Below are positions 1-9,367 of a stretch of 64,000 bases of DNA, in pieces. A program made the translations under genes and the position numbers. Numbering within the stretch: the first letter of the stretch is position 1; the number at the start of each line of letters is the position of its first letter. Below the pieces are notes generated by a model that saw only the letters and a program-made list of their open reading frames with translations, had not been told where the DNA came from and did no database searches. Location: IMG/VR virus record IMGVR_UViG_3300022934_000004; one strand, given 5' to 3'. Source of the DNA: a virus.

Positions 1-1
1 A

Positions 2-580
2 ATTTTCTACAATACATTTATTACTACAAAAATTACTCTTGCGAATATGATTCAAGATGTAGCGATGAAGATTGGAAACATGAATGTAGATGTTGTTACA
101 GATGCTTTAGCATATTCTACAAATAGAATTATGTCTCCAAAATACATGAAAGCTGGAATGGGTGATGGTGGATCTTGTCATCCAAGAGATAACATTGCTT
201 TGCGTTGGTTAGCTCAAGAAATTAATCTCGGATATGATTTATTTGATGCTATTATTAAAGCAAGAGAAGAACAAGCTAGAAATATGGCTAACTATTTAAA
301 AGCATTGTCTGTATTACATGGTCTTCCAATTGTTATTGTAGGTAAAGGATTTAAACCTGATGTTCCATATGAAGATGGTTCACCTTCAATCTTAGTAGCA
401 CAATTTTGCGAAGCTGAATTCGACAAATTTGATGAACCTGCAATATTCCTGACCGCTCATTCAAGACAAACTACTTTTGGAAAATCAAATCAAGATTATG
501 ATTTTCCTGAAGGTTCAATTGTAGTGGATCCTTGGAGAGAAAGAGAAGGAGCAATTTGGTATGGAGACACATCGCCTTGA
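2..580 (+). CDS. ugd: UDP-glucose/GDP-mannose dehydrogenase family, 5'-truncated by window edge
   Basis: Frame open from base 2 (IFYNTFITTKITLANM); GGSCHPRD catalytic-Cys motif; GKGFKPD C-terminal motif. Confidence 0.85.
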   Translation: MFYNTFITTKITLANMIQDVAMKIGNMNVDVVTDALAYSTNRIMSPKYMKAGMGDGGSCHPRDNIALRWLAQEINLGYDLFDAIIKAREEQARNMANYLKALSVLHGLPIVIVGKGFKPDVPYEDGSPSILVAQFCEAEFDKFDEPAIFLTAHSRQTTFGKSNQDYDFPEGSIVVDPWREREGAIWYGDTSP

Positions 581-1160
581 TGTATTAGAGCCTATTCCTG
601 AAATAGATAAGCTTATTGAATATTTAAATTTAGTTCCACCTAATGGGATTGTTTTAGAAGTAGGTACTTATTTAGGTGCCACCACTACTAGGTTAGCTGC
701 TGCTAGACCCGATGTCAAAATTTTTACAATTGATCCAGCTGCCAATTCTGGCATGTGGGAAAACTGTGGAGAATACGGCCCATATGTTAAAGAAAAGCTT
801 ATAAGTGAATTTGGAATTATTCCAAATGAAAAAACCGTAAGAGAAAATTGTAATAGATTTCCTAACATTCATTTTATGAAAGGATATAGTCCTCAAGATT
901 TTTTAGATTGGGATACACCAATTGACTTATATTTTGAAGACGGAGATCATGGAAAGGTTTGGTATGGTATGTCTCACTGGGCAAATCGTGTTAAGCCAGG
1001 TGGATATTTAATCGCGCATGATTATTACATGCCACGACCACGGGAAGCTATAACAGGCATATCTAACTGGCCTGATTGGGATTTTATAGAAGAATATCGC
1101 CGTCCAGATTTAACTGAAGAGCAACACAGTAGCATAGGAGTTTTAAAAAAACGTAAGTGA
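561..1160 (+). CDS. Class I SAM-dependent methyltransferase (Methyltransf_24-like)
   Basis: VLEVGTYLG motif I; IDLYFEDGDH; VKPGGYLIAHDY. Confidence 0.85.
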   Translation: METHRLDVLEPIPEIDKLIEYLNLVPPNGIVLEVGTYLGATTTRLAAARPDVKIFTIDPAANSGMWENCGEYGPYVKEKLISEFGIIPNEKTVRENCNRFPNIHFMKGYSPQDFLDWDTPIDLYFEDGDHGKVWYGMSHWANRVKPGGYLIAHDYYMPRPREAITGISNWPDWDFIEEYRRPDLTEEQHSSIGVLKKRK

Positions 1161-1233
1161 TTGTTTTTAAACGAAACAAAAATCAAATAAAATGCATTTT
1201 TTCCTTTACATTCGGCTCATAATATGGTAGATT
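1154..1233 (+). promoter_or_regulatory. Early promoter (TTTACA-17-TAGATT) with upstream IHF-like box
   Basis: -35 at 1205, -10 at 1228; TAAGTGATTGTTT at 1154 (one mismatch to YAANNNNTTGATW). Confidence 0.75.
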
Positions 1234-1255
1234 AATATTATAAGGAGAAAATATC

Positions 1256-1462
1256 ATGACTGATTATGGAATGTTTACTACTGAAGGTAACGTTAAAGTT
1301 GCAGAGATTATCACCAAAGGATTGAATCTCAAAATCAATTATGATATTGAAACCGTTTGGAATTGGGCAGACGATGCTCTTGCACGGCTTGCACTAATTC
1401 CTGAATTTGAAGAAGCCGATGATACGGCTGTACGTGAAGCTGTTTACAGCGCCATTATATAA
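1256..1462 (+). CDS. Small early hypothetical protein
   Basis: AAGGAG RBS directly after early promoter. Confidence 0.7.
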   Translation: MTDYGMFTTEGNVKVAEIITKGLNLKINYDIETVWNWADDALARLALIPEFEEADDTAVREAVYSAII

Positions 1463-1474
1463 GGAGTATTTGTT

Positions 1475-1690
1475 ATGGGTCGTATGAAAGAATTAGTAAT
1501 GGAACAAGAAGAAATGGTTGCAGACGAAATGGATTTCGTTGCACAAGAAACTTCTTCTTATAGTGAGTTTGAACAACAAGTAATCGAGGCTTATAAGTCA
1601 AATGATTATTTGTTTTCATATGTACAGCACTCTTTAGATTATGTTAAAGAAGTTGCATATGAAATATGGAGCTTCCGCCATGCAAATTAA
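1475..1690 (+). CDS. Small acidic early hypothetical protein
   Basis: AAGGAG RBS; co-oriented in operon. Confidence 0.7.
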   Translation: MGRMKELVMEQEEMVADEMDFVAQETSSYSEFEQQVIEAYKSNDYLFSYVQHSLDYVKEVAYEIWSFRHAN

Positions 1691-1934
1691 TCAAAATCGT
1701 ACCGATTGCTATATCGGTACTTTTACCACTTCTGATGAAGATCAAGCTGAGCTTAGACAAATTAGAAAAATGGTTACTAATCTAAACAAAGATTTAAAAC
1801 ACTTTGGATATGATTATCGTTATTATGTAAAATGTCAAGGGCGAGGTCATCGTTATGGTGTACGAAGATACAACCAATCTTTGCCCTTAACATTAGCTAA
1901 GAAAATGGATGCATACATCTATCGTCGTAGATAA
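1680..1934 (+). CDS. Small early hypothetical protein
   Basis: GGAG RBS, ATG 1680; followed by terminator. Confidence 0.65.
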   Translation: MQINQNRTDCYIGTFTTSDEDQAELRQIRKMVTNLNKDLKHFGYDYRYYVKCQGRGHRYGVRRYNQSLPLTLAKKMDAYIYRRR

Positions 1935-1958
1935 TTTTCATTTTTTTCTCCCGCTACT

Positions 1959-1984
1959 AGAGGTCCTGATGGACCTCTTTTTTT
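1959..1984 (+). terminator. Rho-independent terminator
   Basis: AGAGGTCC-TGAT-GGACCTCT stem followed by T run. Confidence 0.85.
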
Positions 1985-1985
1985 A

Positions 1986-1993
1986 TATAAATA
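1986..1993 (+). promoter_or_regulatory. T4-type late promoter
   Basis: Exact TATAAATA in intergenic space. Confidence 0.8.
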
Positions 1994-2021
1994 GATAAAA
2001 ATAATCTATAGGTAGATGGTA

Positions 2022-2795
2022 ATGGATAGCTTTAAAGGATACATTTCAGAAATGGCAGCGCAACAAGGATTTCAATATGAAGTGAATGCTGCTAAAGCAC
2101 TAAAACCACTAGGAATTGTTCCTGGAAATTTTAGTCCAGCTGGCGCAGGTCATGATCAACCCGATTTAATGATTCAAAAAAATGGAGTAAAAGCAGGATT
2201 AGAATTAAAAATCACTGCTGCTTCTGCTGGCTCTCTTGTTATGAAGTATGATTCTGGTACTTGGTCAATAGGTAATCCAAATGAGAAAGATGATGAAAAG
2301 TTATTCATTATAAATCTCGCAAAAGAAGTTGGAATCACAGACTTAATTCAAAAACAATGGAGAGCAGAACCATTTAAAGGAACAGGATTAAGTAAAAAGA
2401 CTGAAGCAGAAGCAGCACTTTCATCTAAACGCGAAAAATATGAACGTGATTTAAAAATGTTTAAAGATATTAAAGGTGAGATTCCTGCTGCAAAGATAGA
2501 ACAATATTATAATAAAAAGAAAACATATTATGTTAATGTTGGAACACATGGTTTTTATTTACTTGGAACAAAAAATCCTTTAAAATTATCTGGCATTCCT
2601 AGATTTAGTAAATCAGCTAAAGCCACATATAGAGCTAGAGTTCAATACAAAGGAAAAGATAATTATCAATTTACTTTTGAAATGCAATTTAGTATTCCAG
2701 CCGCAAAGAAATCTCCATATAATATTGCGCCAGTTAAAGCCAAAAATAATGTTAATATTGGTGACTTAGATGTAAAATGGTTTACTGGAGCATAG
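2022..2795 (+). CDS. PD-(D/E)XK-like nuclease with capsid-targeting-like N-terminus
   Basis: YE...QPDL...LELK pattern; N-terminus MDSFKGYISE (alternative start 2016). Confidence 0.6.
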   Translation: MDSFKGYISEMAAQQGFQYEVNAAKALKPLGIVPGNFSPAGAGHDQPDLMIQKNGVKAGLELKITAASAGSLVMKYDSGTWSIGNPNEKDDEKLFIINLAKEVGITDLIQKQWRAEPFKGTGLSKKTEAEAALSSKREKYERDLKMFKDIKGEIPAAKIEQYYNKKKTYYVNVGTHGFYLLGTKNPLKLSGIPRFSKSAKATYRARVQYKGKDNYQFTFEMQFSIPAAKKSPYNIAPVKAKNNVNIGDLDVKWFTGA

Positions 2796-2796
2796 A

Positions 2797-3558
2797 ATGG
2801 CTAACACAACTAGATATTTTTCAAATACTCATTTAGCAGAAAAAGTAGATATTTCTCATAAAAGAGTTCTTAACACAGATTATATCCATAAGTTTGGTAG
2901 AAATCCAAGTGTAGGTGGTGCACCAGAAACTGTTTGGATGCAAGGTGGAATTTATGAATATTTGACTTCTCCTTCTACTGTTTATGTTACAAGTGATGAT
3001 GCTGATGATGCTGCTGCTGGAACTGGAGCAAGGACCGTTACAGTTCAAGGATTGGATGTAAACTATCGTAATGTACAGGAAACATTAACAGTAGGTGGAT
3101 CTGCTTCAACAGTAGAATTTTTAAGAGTGTTCCGAGCTTTTGTTGTTGAGGCAGGATCAGAAGGAACAAACGTTGGTAATGTAAGAGTTACAACAGGAGC
3201 TGGTGGAACCGGAACAGTATTAGCAGATATTGGCACTATAGGAACTGGATCAACTTTTGGATTGGGTCAAACACAACTTGCTTTATATACAATTCCAGCA
3301 CACTGCACAGGATATTTAACAACTTGGAATGTTGGTATAGGCGCTTATAATAGTAGTGCTACTGTTTCGTTATATACTAGAGTTTTAAACAGCGGTTTTA
3401 GAACAAGAGATATTATGGATGTTCCAGGAGGTTATCACACAAGAAATTATGATATACCACTCCTAATAACGGCAAAAACAGATATTGAAATAAGAGCGAT
3501 TGCTTCTACTGGTACCACAGTTAGTGCTTCTTTTGATCTTATAACTATAGCAAAATAA
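2797..3558 (+). CDS. Conserved phage hypothetical, G/T-rich beta protein (possibly virion)
   Basis: KFGRNP..ETVW motif; G/T/A-rich; under late promoter. Confidence 0.55.
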   Translation: MANTTRYFSNTHLAEKVDISHKRVLNTDYIHKFGRNPSVGGAPETVWMQGGIYEYLTSPSTVYVTSDDADDAAAGTGARTVTVQGLDVNYRNVQETLTVGGSASTVEFLRVFRAFVVEAGSEGTNVGNVRVTTGAGGTGTVLADIGTIGTGSTFGLGQTQLALYTIPAHCTGYLTTWNVGIGAYNSSATVSLYTRVLNSGFRTRDIMDVPGGYHTRNYDIPLLITAKTDIEIRAIASTGTTVSASFDLITIAK

Positions 3559-3561
3559 TGG

Positions 3562-3590
3562 TTTACATTTGATAAGAATTATGGTAAGAT
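3562..3590 (+). promoter_or_regulatory. T4-type early promoter
   Basis: GTTTACA-17-TAAGAT with TATGG extended -10. Confidence 0.7.
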
Positions 3591-3618
3591 TAGCTTATAA
3601 TTAAATAAAGGTAAGAAA

Positions 3619-4848
3619 ATGGAAACTTTCAAAAGTGTTATAAGCGAAAATAAAAACACGCACATGACTCATATTGAAGATAGAGTCATATATGGTGGTG
3701 TTAAAGGAGCTCGTGAAGCAATCTTCGCTTTACGTGATTTAAGAGATATGCTTGGAGGTGTCAAAGATGGTAATGTATCTGTTAAATGGGATGGTGCTCC
3801 TGCTATTTTTGCTGGGATTGACCCATCTGATGGCGAATTTTTTGTCGCCAAGAAAGGGATCTTCAATAAGAACCCTAAGGTATATAAGTCTGATGCTGAC
3901 GTGGATGCTGATACTAGTGGTGATCTGGCTGTTAAGCTTAAGCACGCCCTTAGAGAGTTACCAAAGCTTGGAATAAAAGGTGTTGTTCAAGGTGATTTTT
4001 TGTTTGGTCCTGGTGATGTAAAAACACAGAAGATCAAAGGAGAATCATATGTTACATTCCATCCTAATACTATCGTCTATGCGGTGCCTAGCAAGTCGGC
4101 TGGAGCTAAGGCTATTAAGCAATCTAAAATTGGAATCGTCTGGCATACAACCTATAAAGGTAACTCCTTCGAAACTATGCGAGCTTCGTACGGAGTTGAT
4201 GTATCCAAGTTTAACGCAACCAGAACTGTGTGGTCGCAAGACGCAATGCTCAGGGATATGACTAAGTTAACTATGTCAAAAAAGGATACTGAAGAAGTCA
4301 ATCAATATCTATCTCAAGCTGGAAAGATTTTTAATCAAATTTCTGGTAGTACACTTCGTCAGCTTGAAGGTAACCAGGACTTAGCAAGATTGATAGAACA
4401 ATTCCATAATAAATATGTACGTAAAGGACAGGTTATTACTGATACAACTAAGCATGCAAACATGCTTATACGTTGGATTAGATTAAAGTATGGAAAAGAA
4501 ATTGCAAAGAGAAAAAGTGATAAAGGTAAGCAAGCTCAAAGAGATAAGTTATCTCAATTGCTAACCTTTTTTGATGAAAAAAATAAAGCAAGTTTAATAA
4601 AAATGTACGATTTACAAAAAGTTATCGTGCTAGCAAAATTAAAACTTATAAATATACTTAATCGGCTACAAAAAGTCGATACTTTTGTTATAACAAGAAA
4701 AGGTTTTAAAACAACAGGTCACGAAGGTTATGTAGCAATTGATAGACTTGGTGGTGATGCGGTGAAGATTGTTGATAGATTGGAATTTTCATACAACAAC
4801 TTCTCGCCTGACGTTATAAAAGGATGGGACAAGCCAACGAGGAACTAA
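3619..4848 (+). CDS. Ligase-like nucleotidyltransferase-fold protein (DUF6267-like) with capsid-targeting-like N-terminus
   Basis: SVKWDG (KxDG motif I), VVQGDFLF (III), HEGYVA (IV), AVKIV (V); N-terminus METFKSVISE. Confidence 0.65.
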   Translation: METFKSVISENKNTHMTHIEDRVIYGGVKGAREAIFALRDLRDMLGGVKDGNVSVKWDGAPAIFAGIDPSDGEFFVAKKGIFNKNPKVYKSDADVDADTSGDLAVKLKHALRELPKLGIKGVVQGDFLFGPGDVKTQKIKGESYVTFHPNTIVYAVPSKSAGAKAIKQSKIGIVWHTTYKGNSFETMRASYGVDVSKFNATRTVWSQDAMLRDMTKLTMSKKDTEEVNQYLSQAGKIFNQISGSTLRQLEGNQDLARLIEQFHNKYVRKGQVITDTTKHANMLIRWIRLKYGKEIAKRKSDKGKQAQRDKLSQLLTFFDEKNKASLIKMYDLQKVIVLAKLKLINILNRLQKVDTFVITRKGFKTTGHEGYVAIDRLGGDAVKIVDRLEFSYNNFSPDVIKGWDKPTRN

Positions 4849-5267
4849 TGATCGATTTTAAAGATTTAATGATAGTAGATCTCCGACCAGGAGAACCAGT
4901 AGAAATCAAATACGCTGACATGAAAAGAAAGCGTACAGATGAAGAGGTTGAGGAAGCACTTACGACGCCTCAACGCTTAGCACGTTCAAGACAAATGAAA
5001 CGATTTAAAGCTCGATTAAAGTTGGGTCGTCAACGTGCAAGCAGAAGAATTGCATCAAAAGAAAAACTTGAAAAGCGTGCTAGAAAGCAGGCGAGAAATG
5101 CAGTTCTTAAAAAACTGACAAAGGATATTCCTAAGTCAGAGTTGACTTTTGCCCGTCGCCAAGAAATAGAAAAACGTCTAGATAAAATGAAACCACGGAT
5201 TGACCGATTGGTTAAAAAGATGTTGCCTAAGGTAAGAAAAGCTGAGTTAACTAAAAGAAGAAAGTAA
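4848..5267 (+). CDS. Highly basic conserved T4-like hypothetical protein
   Basis: R/K-rich; TAATG coupling to previous gene; VEE/AL possible cleavage site. Confidence 0.7.
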   Translation: MIDFKDLMIVDLRPGEPVEIKYADMKRKRTDEEVEEALTTPQRLARSRQMKRFKARLKLGRQRASRRIASKEKLEKRARKQARNAVLKKLTKDIPKSELTFARRQEIEKRLDKMKPRIDRLVKKMLPKVRKAELTKRRK

Positions 5268-6716
5268 ATGTACAATTCGTTTAAACAATTCCTTGTAGAA
5301 GAGGAAAAGACCGTTTATTTTACATTCGGTCGAATGAATCCTCCAACCATTGGCCATGAGAAGCTAATGGATAAGTTAGCTAGTTCATCTGGCAAAATGC
5401 CTTATCGCGTGTTTGTATCTCAATCTCAAGATGCAAAGAAAAATCCATTAACATATCAAGAAAAAATTAAGTACGCGAGGAAAATGTTTCCTCGTCATGC
5501 TCGTTCTATTATATTAAATAAAAAAATTAGAAATGCATTAGAAGCTGCGTCAGTTTTATATAAGGAAGGTTATATAAATGCTGTAATGGTTGTAGGTTCA
5601 GATAGATTACAAGAATTTAGTGCACTTCTAAAAAGATACAATGGACAAGAAGGACGACATGGATTTTATAATTTTAAATCTATAAAGGTGATCTCAGCTG
5701 GTGCTAGAGATCCTGATGCCGAAGGAACTGAAGGTATGTCAGCGTCTAAAATGAGAAACGCGGCAGCAGAAAATGACTTTACAAAATTTGCTCAAGGCCT
5801 TCCAAAAAATATAGCAAATAACGAAGCGAAAAGAATGTTTAATGCAGTCCGTAAAGGAATGGGATTAAAAGAACAAAAAGAATTTAAAAATCATATACAA
5901 TTAGAACCGGTTTCTGAATTAAGAGAATCATATGTACAAGACAAAAACATTTTCACAGTAGGTGAAAGTGTAGTTATGATGAAAAATGGTATAGTTGGAA
6001 AAATTAAACACCTTGGAACTAATTATTTAATAGTTGAATCAAAGGGTGAAACATGGAGATGCTGGTTAAGTGATGTTGATAAAGTAGATCCAAGAGAATT
6101 TACATATGATGTCTTAGATACTCCTAAAGAGTATAAGGATGGAGTTGTTAGAGAATCATTACATGAAGCTGTAGCCCCACGTTGGAAACGCTCTGGTCCA
6201 AATGGTGAGATTGAAATCACTATTAATGGTCAACGCTATCAAATCGAAAAATCACTAGATCATAATGAACGTCATAGAGGCGAATGGAAAATTATGATGT
6301 GGGATAAACGTAGACGTGAATGGGTTTGGGATAATACTGTACAAGGTAAAGGTTATGCTAAAGAACTTGTAATGGATAGACTAAAGGAAGATCGTTGGTA
6401 TAAAGATCAGCCAGAATGGGGTACACCTGAATCAACTAAAAAAGCAAAGAAGATAACTCCAGGTGAACCAAAAGAAGCTACAAGTTCTCCTCAAGATCCT
6501 GATATTAAAGATCGTAAAGGAACCCAACCGAAAGCATACCATTCAGGATTATCTAAAAAAACAAAAGTTTCAAGAGATAGACATTTTAAGAAGCATGCTA
6601 AAATGGATGATGATAATCCAAAGGCATATAAAAAAGCACCAGGTGATGCAACAGCAAAAACAAAACCAAGTAAGCACACTCTAAGGTTTAAACAAATGTA
6701 CGGAGAAGACAAATGA
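5268..6716 (+). CDS. Cytidylyltransferase-like (HxGH) nucleotidyltransferase with appended C-terminal modules
   Basis: FGRMNPPTIGH, KNPL, VVGSDR and MSASKMR motifs; N-terminus MYNSFKQFLVEE. Confidence 0.8.
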   Translation: MYNSFKQFLVEEEKTVYFTFGRMNPPTIGHEKLMDKLASSSGKMPYRVFVSQSQDAKKNPLTYQEKIKYARKMFPRHARSIILNKKIRNALEAASVLYKEGYINAVMVVGSDRLQEFSALLKRYNGQEGRHGFYNFKSIKVISAGARDPDAEGTEGMSASKMRNAAAENDFTKFAQGLPKNIANNEAKRMFNAVRKGMGLKEQKEFKNHIQLEPVSELRESYVQDKNIFTVGESVVMMKNGIVGKIKHLGTNYLIVESKGETWRCWLSDVDKVDPREFTYDVLDTPKEYKDGVVRESLHEAVAPRWKRSGPNGEIEITINGQRYQIEKSLDHNERHRGEWKIMMWDKRRREWVWDNTVQGKGYAKELVMDRLKEDRWYKDQPEWGTPESTKKAKKITPGEPKEATSSPQDPDIKDRKGTQPKAYHSGLSKKTKVSRDRHFKKHAKMDDDNPKAYKKAPGDATAKTKPSKHTLRFKQMYGEDK

Positions 6717-6961
6717 TTAAATTTAAGGCTTATATTGCAGAAGATGCCTCAGCCGCATTAAAGAAAAAGGCAGAAAAATCTGGCATGTCACTAGGAGTAT
6801 TACGTAAAGTATATAATAGAGGTGTAGCAGCATGGAGAACTGGACATCGTCCAGGCACTACTCCACAGCAATGGGGCTTAGCAAGAGTTAATTCTTTCGT
6901 TACAAAATCTTCTGGTACTTGGGGTAAAGCGGATAAAGATTTAGCAGCGAGGGTAAAATAA
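6713..6961 (+). CDS. Small basic protein (DUF5824-like) with capsid-targeting N-terminus
   Basis: MIKFKAYIAE; VYNRGVAAW..GHRPG...QQWGLARVNSF. Confidence 0.7.
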   Translation: MIKFKAYIAEDASAALKKKAEKSGMSLGVLRKVYNRGVAAWRTGHRPGTTPQQWGLARVNSFVTKSSGTWGKADKDLAARVK

Positions 6962-7848
6962 TGCCAGCACCTAAAGTAGATTTACAAAAATTTAAAGCAC
7001 ATATGAATAGAAATAAAAAGCCAAAGAAAATGTCTTCTACTCAAAAATCATTATCTGATATTAGTAAACGTGCTAATGAAGAATGGGTGTGTGGTAAATG
7101 TAATTGCGATCCTTGCACTTGCGAAGAAGTTCATGAAGATTGTGGTTGTGAATCATGTAAAAGTAAAAGAGCACAAAAAGAAACTGCTACTCCTATGCGC
7201 ACAATGAAACTTATTAATAAGATTAAAAAATCTGGTGTTGTTAAACAGGGGTCAATGGCTAAAGAAGATACCAAGCGTGAAAAGGAATTAGATCGTTATA
7301 AAATGATGAGAAAAAATGCTCGTGGATCTATGAAAAAAGCCGCGCAGTCTGGTAGTCATAGCGATATGGTAAAAGCAATGAATACTGCTAGACATGCGTC
7401 TAGGTCAATTAGTAAAATTAATAAAATGAAAACTCAGAAAGAAGATCTAAATGTAAGTGATGGCATTGGATCTTGGATTAAAGATTTTAAAAAATCAGAT
7501 GCACCACAATTTGCTGGTAAATCAGATAAGAAAAGAAGAACTATGGCGGTTGCTGCATATTTAAATGCAAAAAGAAAAACAAATGAAGCCCGTGGTGAAG
7601 ATGCAAAAGGTCATAAAAGAGCAACTGAAAAAGGCGCTGGATTAACACAAAAAGGCAGAGATTATTATAATAGAAAAACTGGTGGTAACTTACAAGCACC
7701 TGTAACAGGTTCAGTAAAACGTGGTAGTAAAGCTGCTAAGAGAAGAAAATCATTTTGTGCTAGAATGAGTGGTATGCCCGGACCAATGAAAGATGATAAG
7801 GGTCGTCCTACTCGTAAAGCAATGTCTCTAAGAAGGTGGAAATGCTAA
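6961..7848 (+). CDS. Basic modular protein (Cys-rich module; C-terminal DUF6321-like module)
   Basis: CGKCNCDPCTC/CGCESC; GLTQKGR...RRKSFCARM...SLRRWKC. Confidence 0.65.
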   Translation: MPAPKVDLQKFKAHMNRNKKPKKMSSTQKSLSDISKRANEEWVCGKCNCDPCTCEEVHEDCGCESCKSKRAQKETATPMRTMKLINKIKKSGVVKQGSMAKEDTKREKELDRYKMMRKNARGSMKKAAQSGSHSDMVKAMNTARHASRSISKINKMKTQKEDLNVSDGIGSWIKDFKKSDAPQFAGKSDKKRRTMAVAAYLNAKRKTNEARGEDAKGHKRATEKGAGLTQKGRDYYNRKTGGNLQAPVTGSVKRGSKAAKRRKSFCARMSGMPGPMKDDKGRPTRKAMSLRRWKC

Positions 7849-8123
7849 TGGCTGATACAGACGCACGTTTAGATCGTATTGAGGAAAAGCTTGATAAGCT
7901 TAGCGACGTTGTCGTATCTATAGCTCGATTCGAAGAAAAAATGGATGCATACAATGAGTATCGTGAAAGATCATGGGAACGTATGAATAAGTTTTCAGAA
8001 AAACTAGATGCCATAGAGAAGAAGGTTGAAGATAATTGTCGTACAGTTCAAACGATAAATAAATTATTTTGGATAGCTATTGTTTCAGCAGTCGGTGCAA
8101 TAGCAGCAAATGTTCTAATGTAG
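7848..8123 (+). CDS. Coiled-coil protein with C-terminal transmembrane helix (holin/XhlA-like candidate)
   Basis: RLDRIEEKLDKL coiled coil; LFWIAIVSAVGAIAANVLM. Confidence 0.6.
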   Translation: MADTDARLDRIEEKLDKLSDVVVSIARFEEKMDAYNEYRERSWERMNKFSEKLDAIEKKVEDNCRTVQTINKLFWIAIVSAVGAIAANVLM

Positions 8124-8137
8124 AAACGGAGAAAACC

Positions 8138-9367
8138 ATGAGAGAATGGGTAAAAGAACTTTTAGAAAAAAAGAAAAAGATGGATCCGGTTGATAAAGAT
8201 GAGTTAAAAGGCACTCATGCTGATCGCAAAGATGGTGACATCGATAATGACGGTGATGAAGATGAATCTGACAAGTATCTTCATAATCGTCGTAAAACAA
8301 TTAAAAAATCTATGAGCAAAGATGAAGGATATGTATCCAATGCTCAAAGAAAAGCTGTCTGGGCAACTCGCAAAGATGGTGGTAAAGGACATCCTGATGC
8401 CAAAAAAGAAAGTGTTGAAGAAAAGAATTTAACACCTAAACAAATTAAACGTGCTCTTGCAAGTATCAAGCCGTCTAAGAAAAAACCAACGCTTCCTCAA
8501 GCACCTTGGGATAAAAAGAAAAATGAAGCATATAATGAACCTCAAGGTCAAGCGAAAAGAATGATGTCTCCATTACAAAAAATGAGAATGGATAAAGAAA
8601 AAGCTGATCGTGATCGTGATGGTAAGCTTAAGCCAGGCGCAGTTAAAAAAGAAGCTACATCAGTTGATGAAATTTCAAGAACAAAATTGTCTAAATATGC
8701 TAGCGCAGCTAAGCAAGACATTGAAAGAAAAAGAAATAAAGTCAAAGCAGCATTAGATCAGCCAGCAAGTGTTAAGCATGCAAAAGCAGGGCTTAAAGCA
8801 ATGTCAGGCTTAACTAAAAGATCAAGAGGATCTGATATGTATGTAAATAAAATGACTGGTCGTTCAAAAGTTAAACCAACTAATGAAGCGGCGGTTGATG
8901 AAGTTTCAAAGGGAATGGTTGGTAGATATTTGAAAAAAGTACCAGCTTCTGCTGCACATGCAGGAGATCGTGCTGGAACTGGTGGAATGGGTCAAGCAGG
9001 TGCTTCAGCTGATGTCAAAAAAGGCTATGAAAAACAACGTAAAAAAGGCATTGCTCAATTTGTGAGACGCCAGAAAGGCACAAATATGGCCGTTAATAAA
9101 CTTACAGGTAAAGCAAAGGTTCCAGCTAGAGAAGCATATGAAAATATTCCTGCTGCTGATAAGAATCGTAAAGGATATCAAGATCCTATGGGTAAGGGCT
9201 TGGCACCAAATGCAAAAGCTCAAGCAGCAAAGAAAATGCCAACTCCTGAGCCAATTGATGAACCAAAAGTTGATGCGAAAAACTTTAAAGATTTCCGTAA
9301 AGGCTTAAAAGCATCACCAAAAAGAAAAGGTGATAATCCAGCAGGAGATAAGGCTCCTGTAAAATAA
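8138..9367 (+). CDS. Basic modular (polyprotein-like) protein
   Basis: GGAG RBS, ATG 8138; MREWVKELLE; DIDNDGDEDESD Ca-binding-like loop; two VDE(I/V)S repeats. Confidence 0.65.
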   Translation: MREWVKELLEKKKKMDPVDKDELKGTHADRKDGDIDNDGDEDESDKYLHNRRKTIKKSMSKDEGYVSNAQRKAVWATRKDGGKGHPDAKKESVEEKNLTPKQIKRALASIKPSKKKPTLPQAPWDKKKNEAYNEPQGQAKRMMSPLQKMRMDKEKADRDRDGKLKPGAVKKEATSVDEISRTKLSKYASAAKQDIERKRNKVKAALDQPASVKHAKAGLKAMSGLTKRSRGSDMYVNKMTGRSKVKPTNEAAVDEVSKGMVGRYLKKVPASAAHAGDRAGTGGMGQAGASADVKKGYEKQRKKGIAQFVRRQKGTNMAVNKLTGKAKVPAREAYENIPAADKNRKGYQDPMGKGLAPNAKAQAAKKMPTPEPIDEPKVDAKNFKDFRKGLKASPKRKGDNPAGDKAPVK

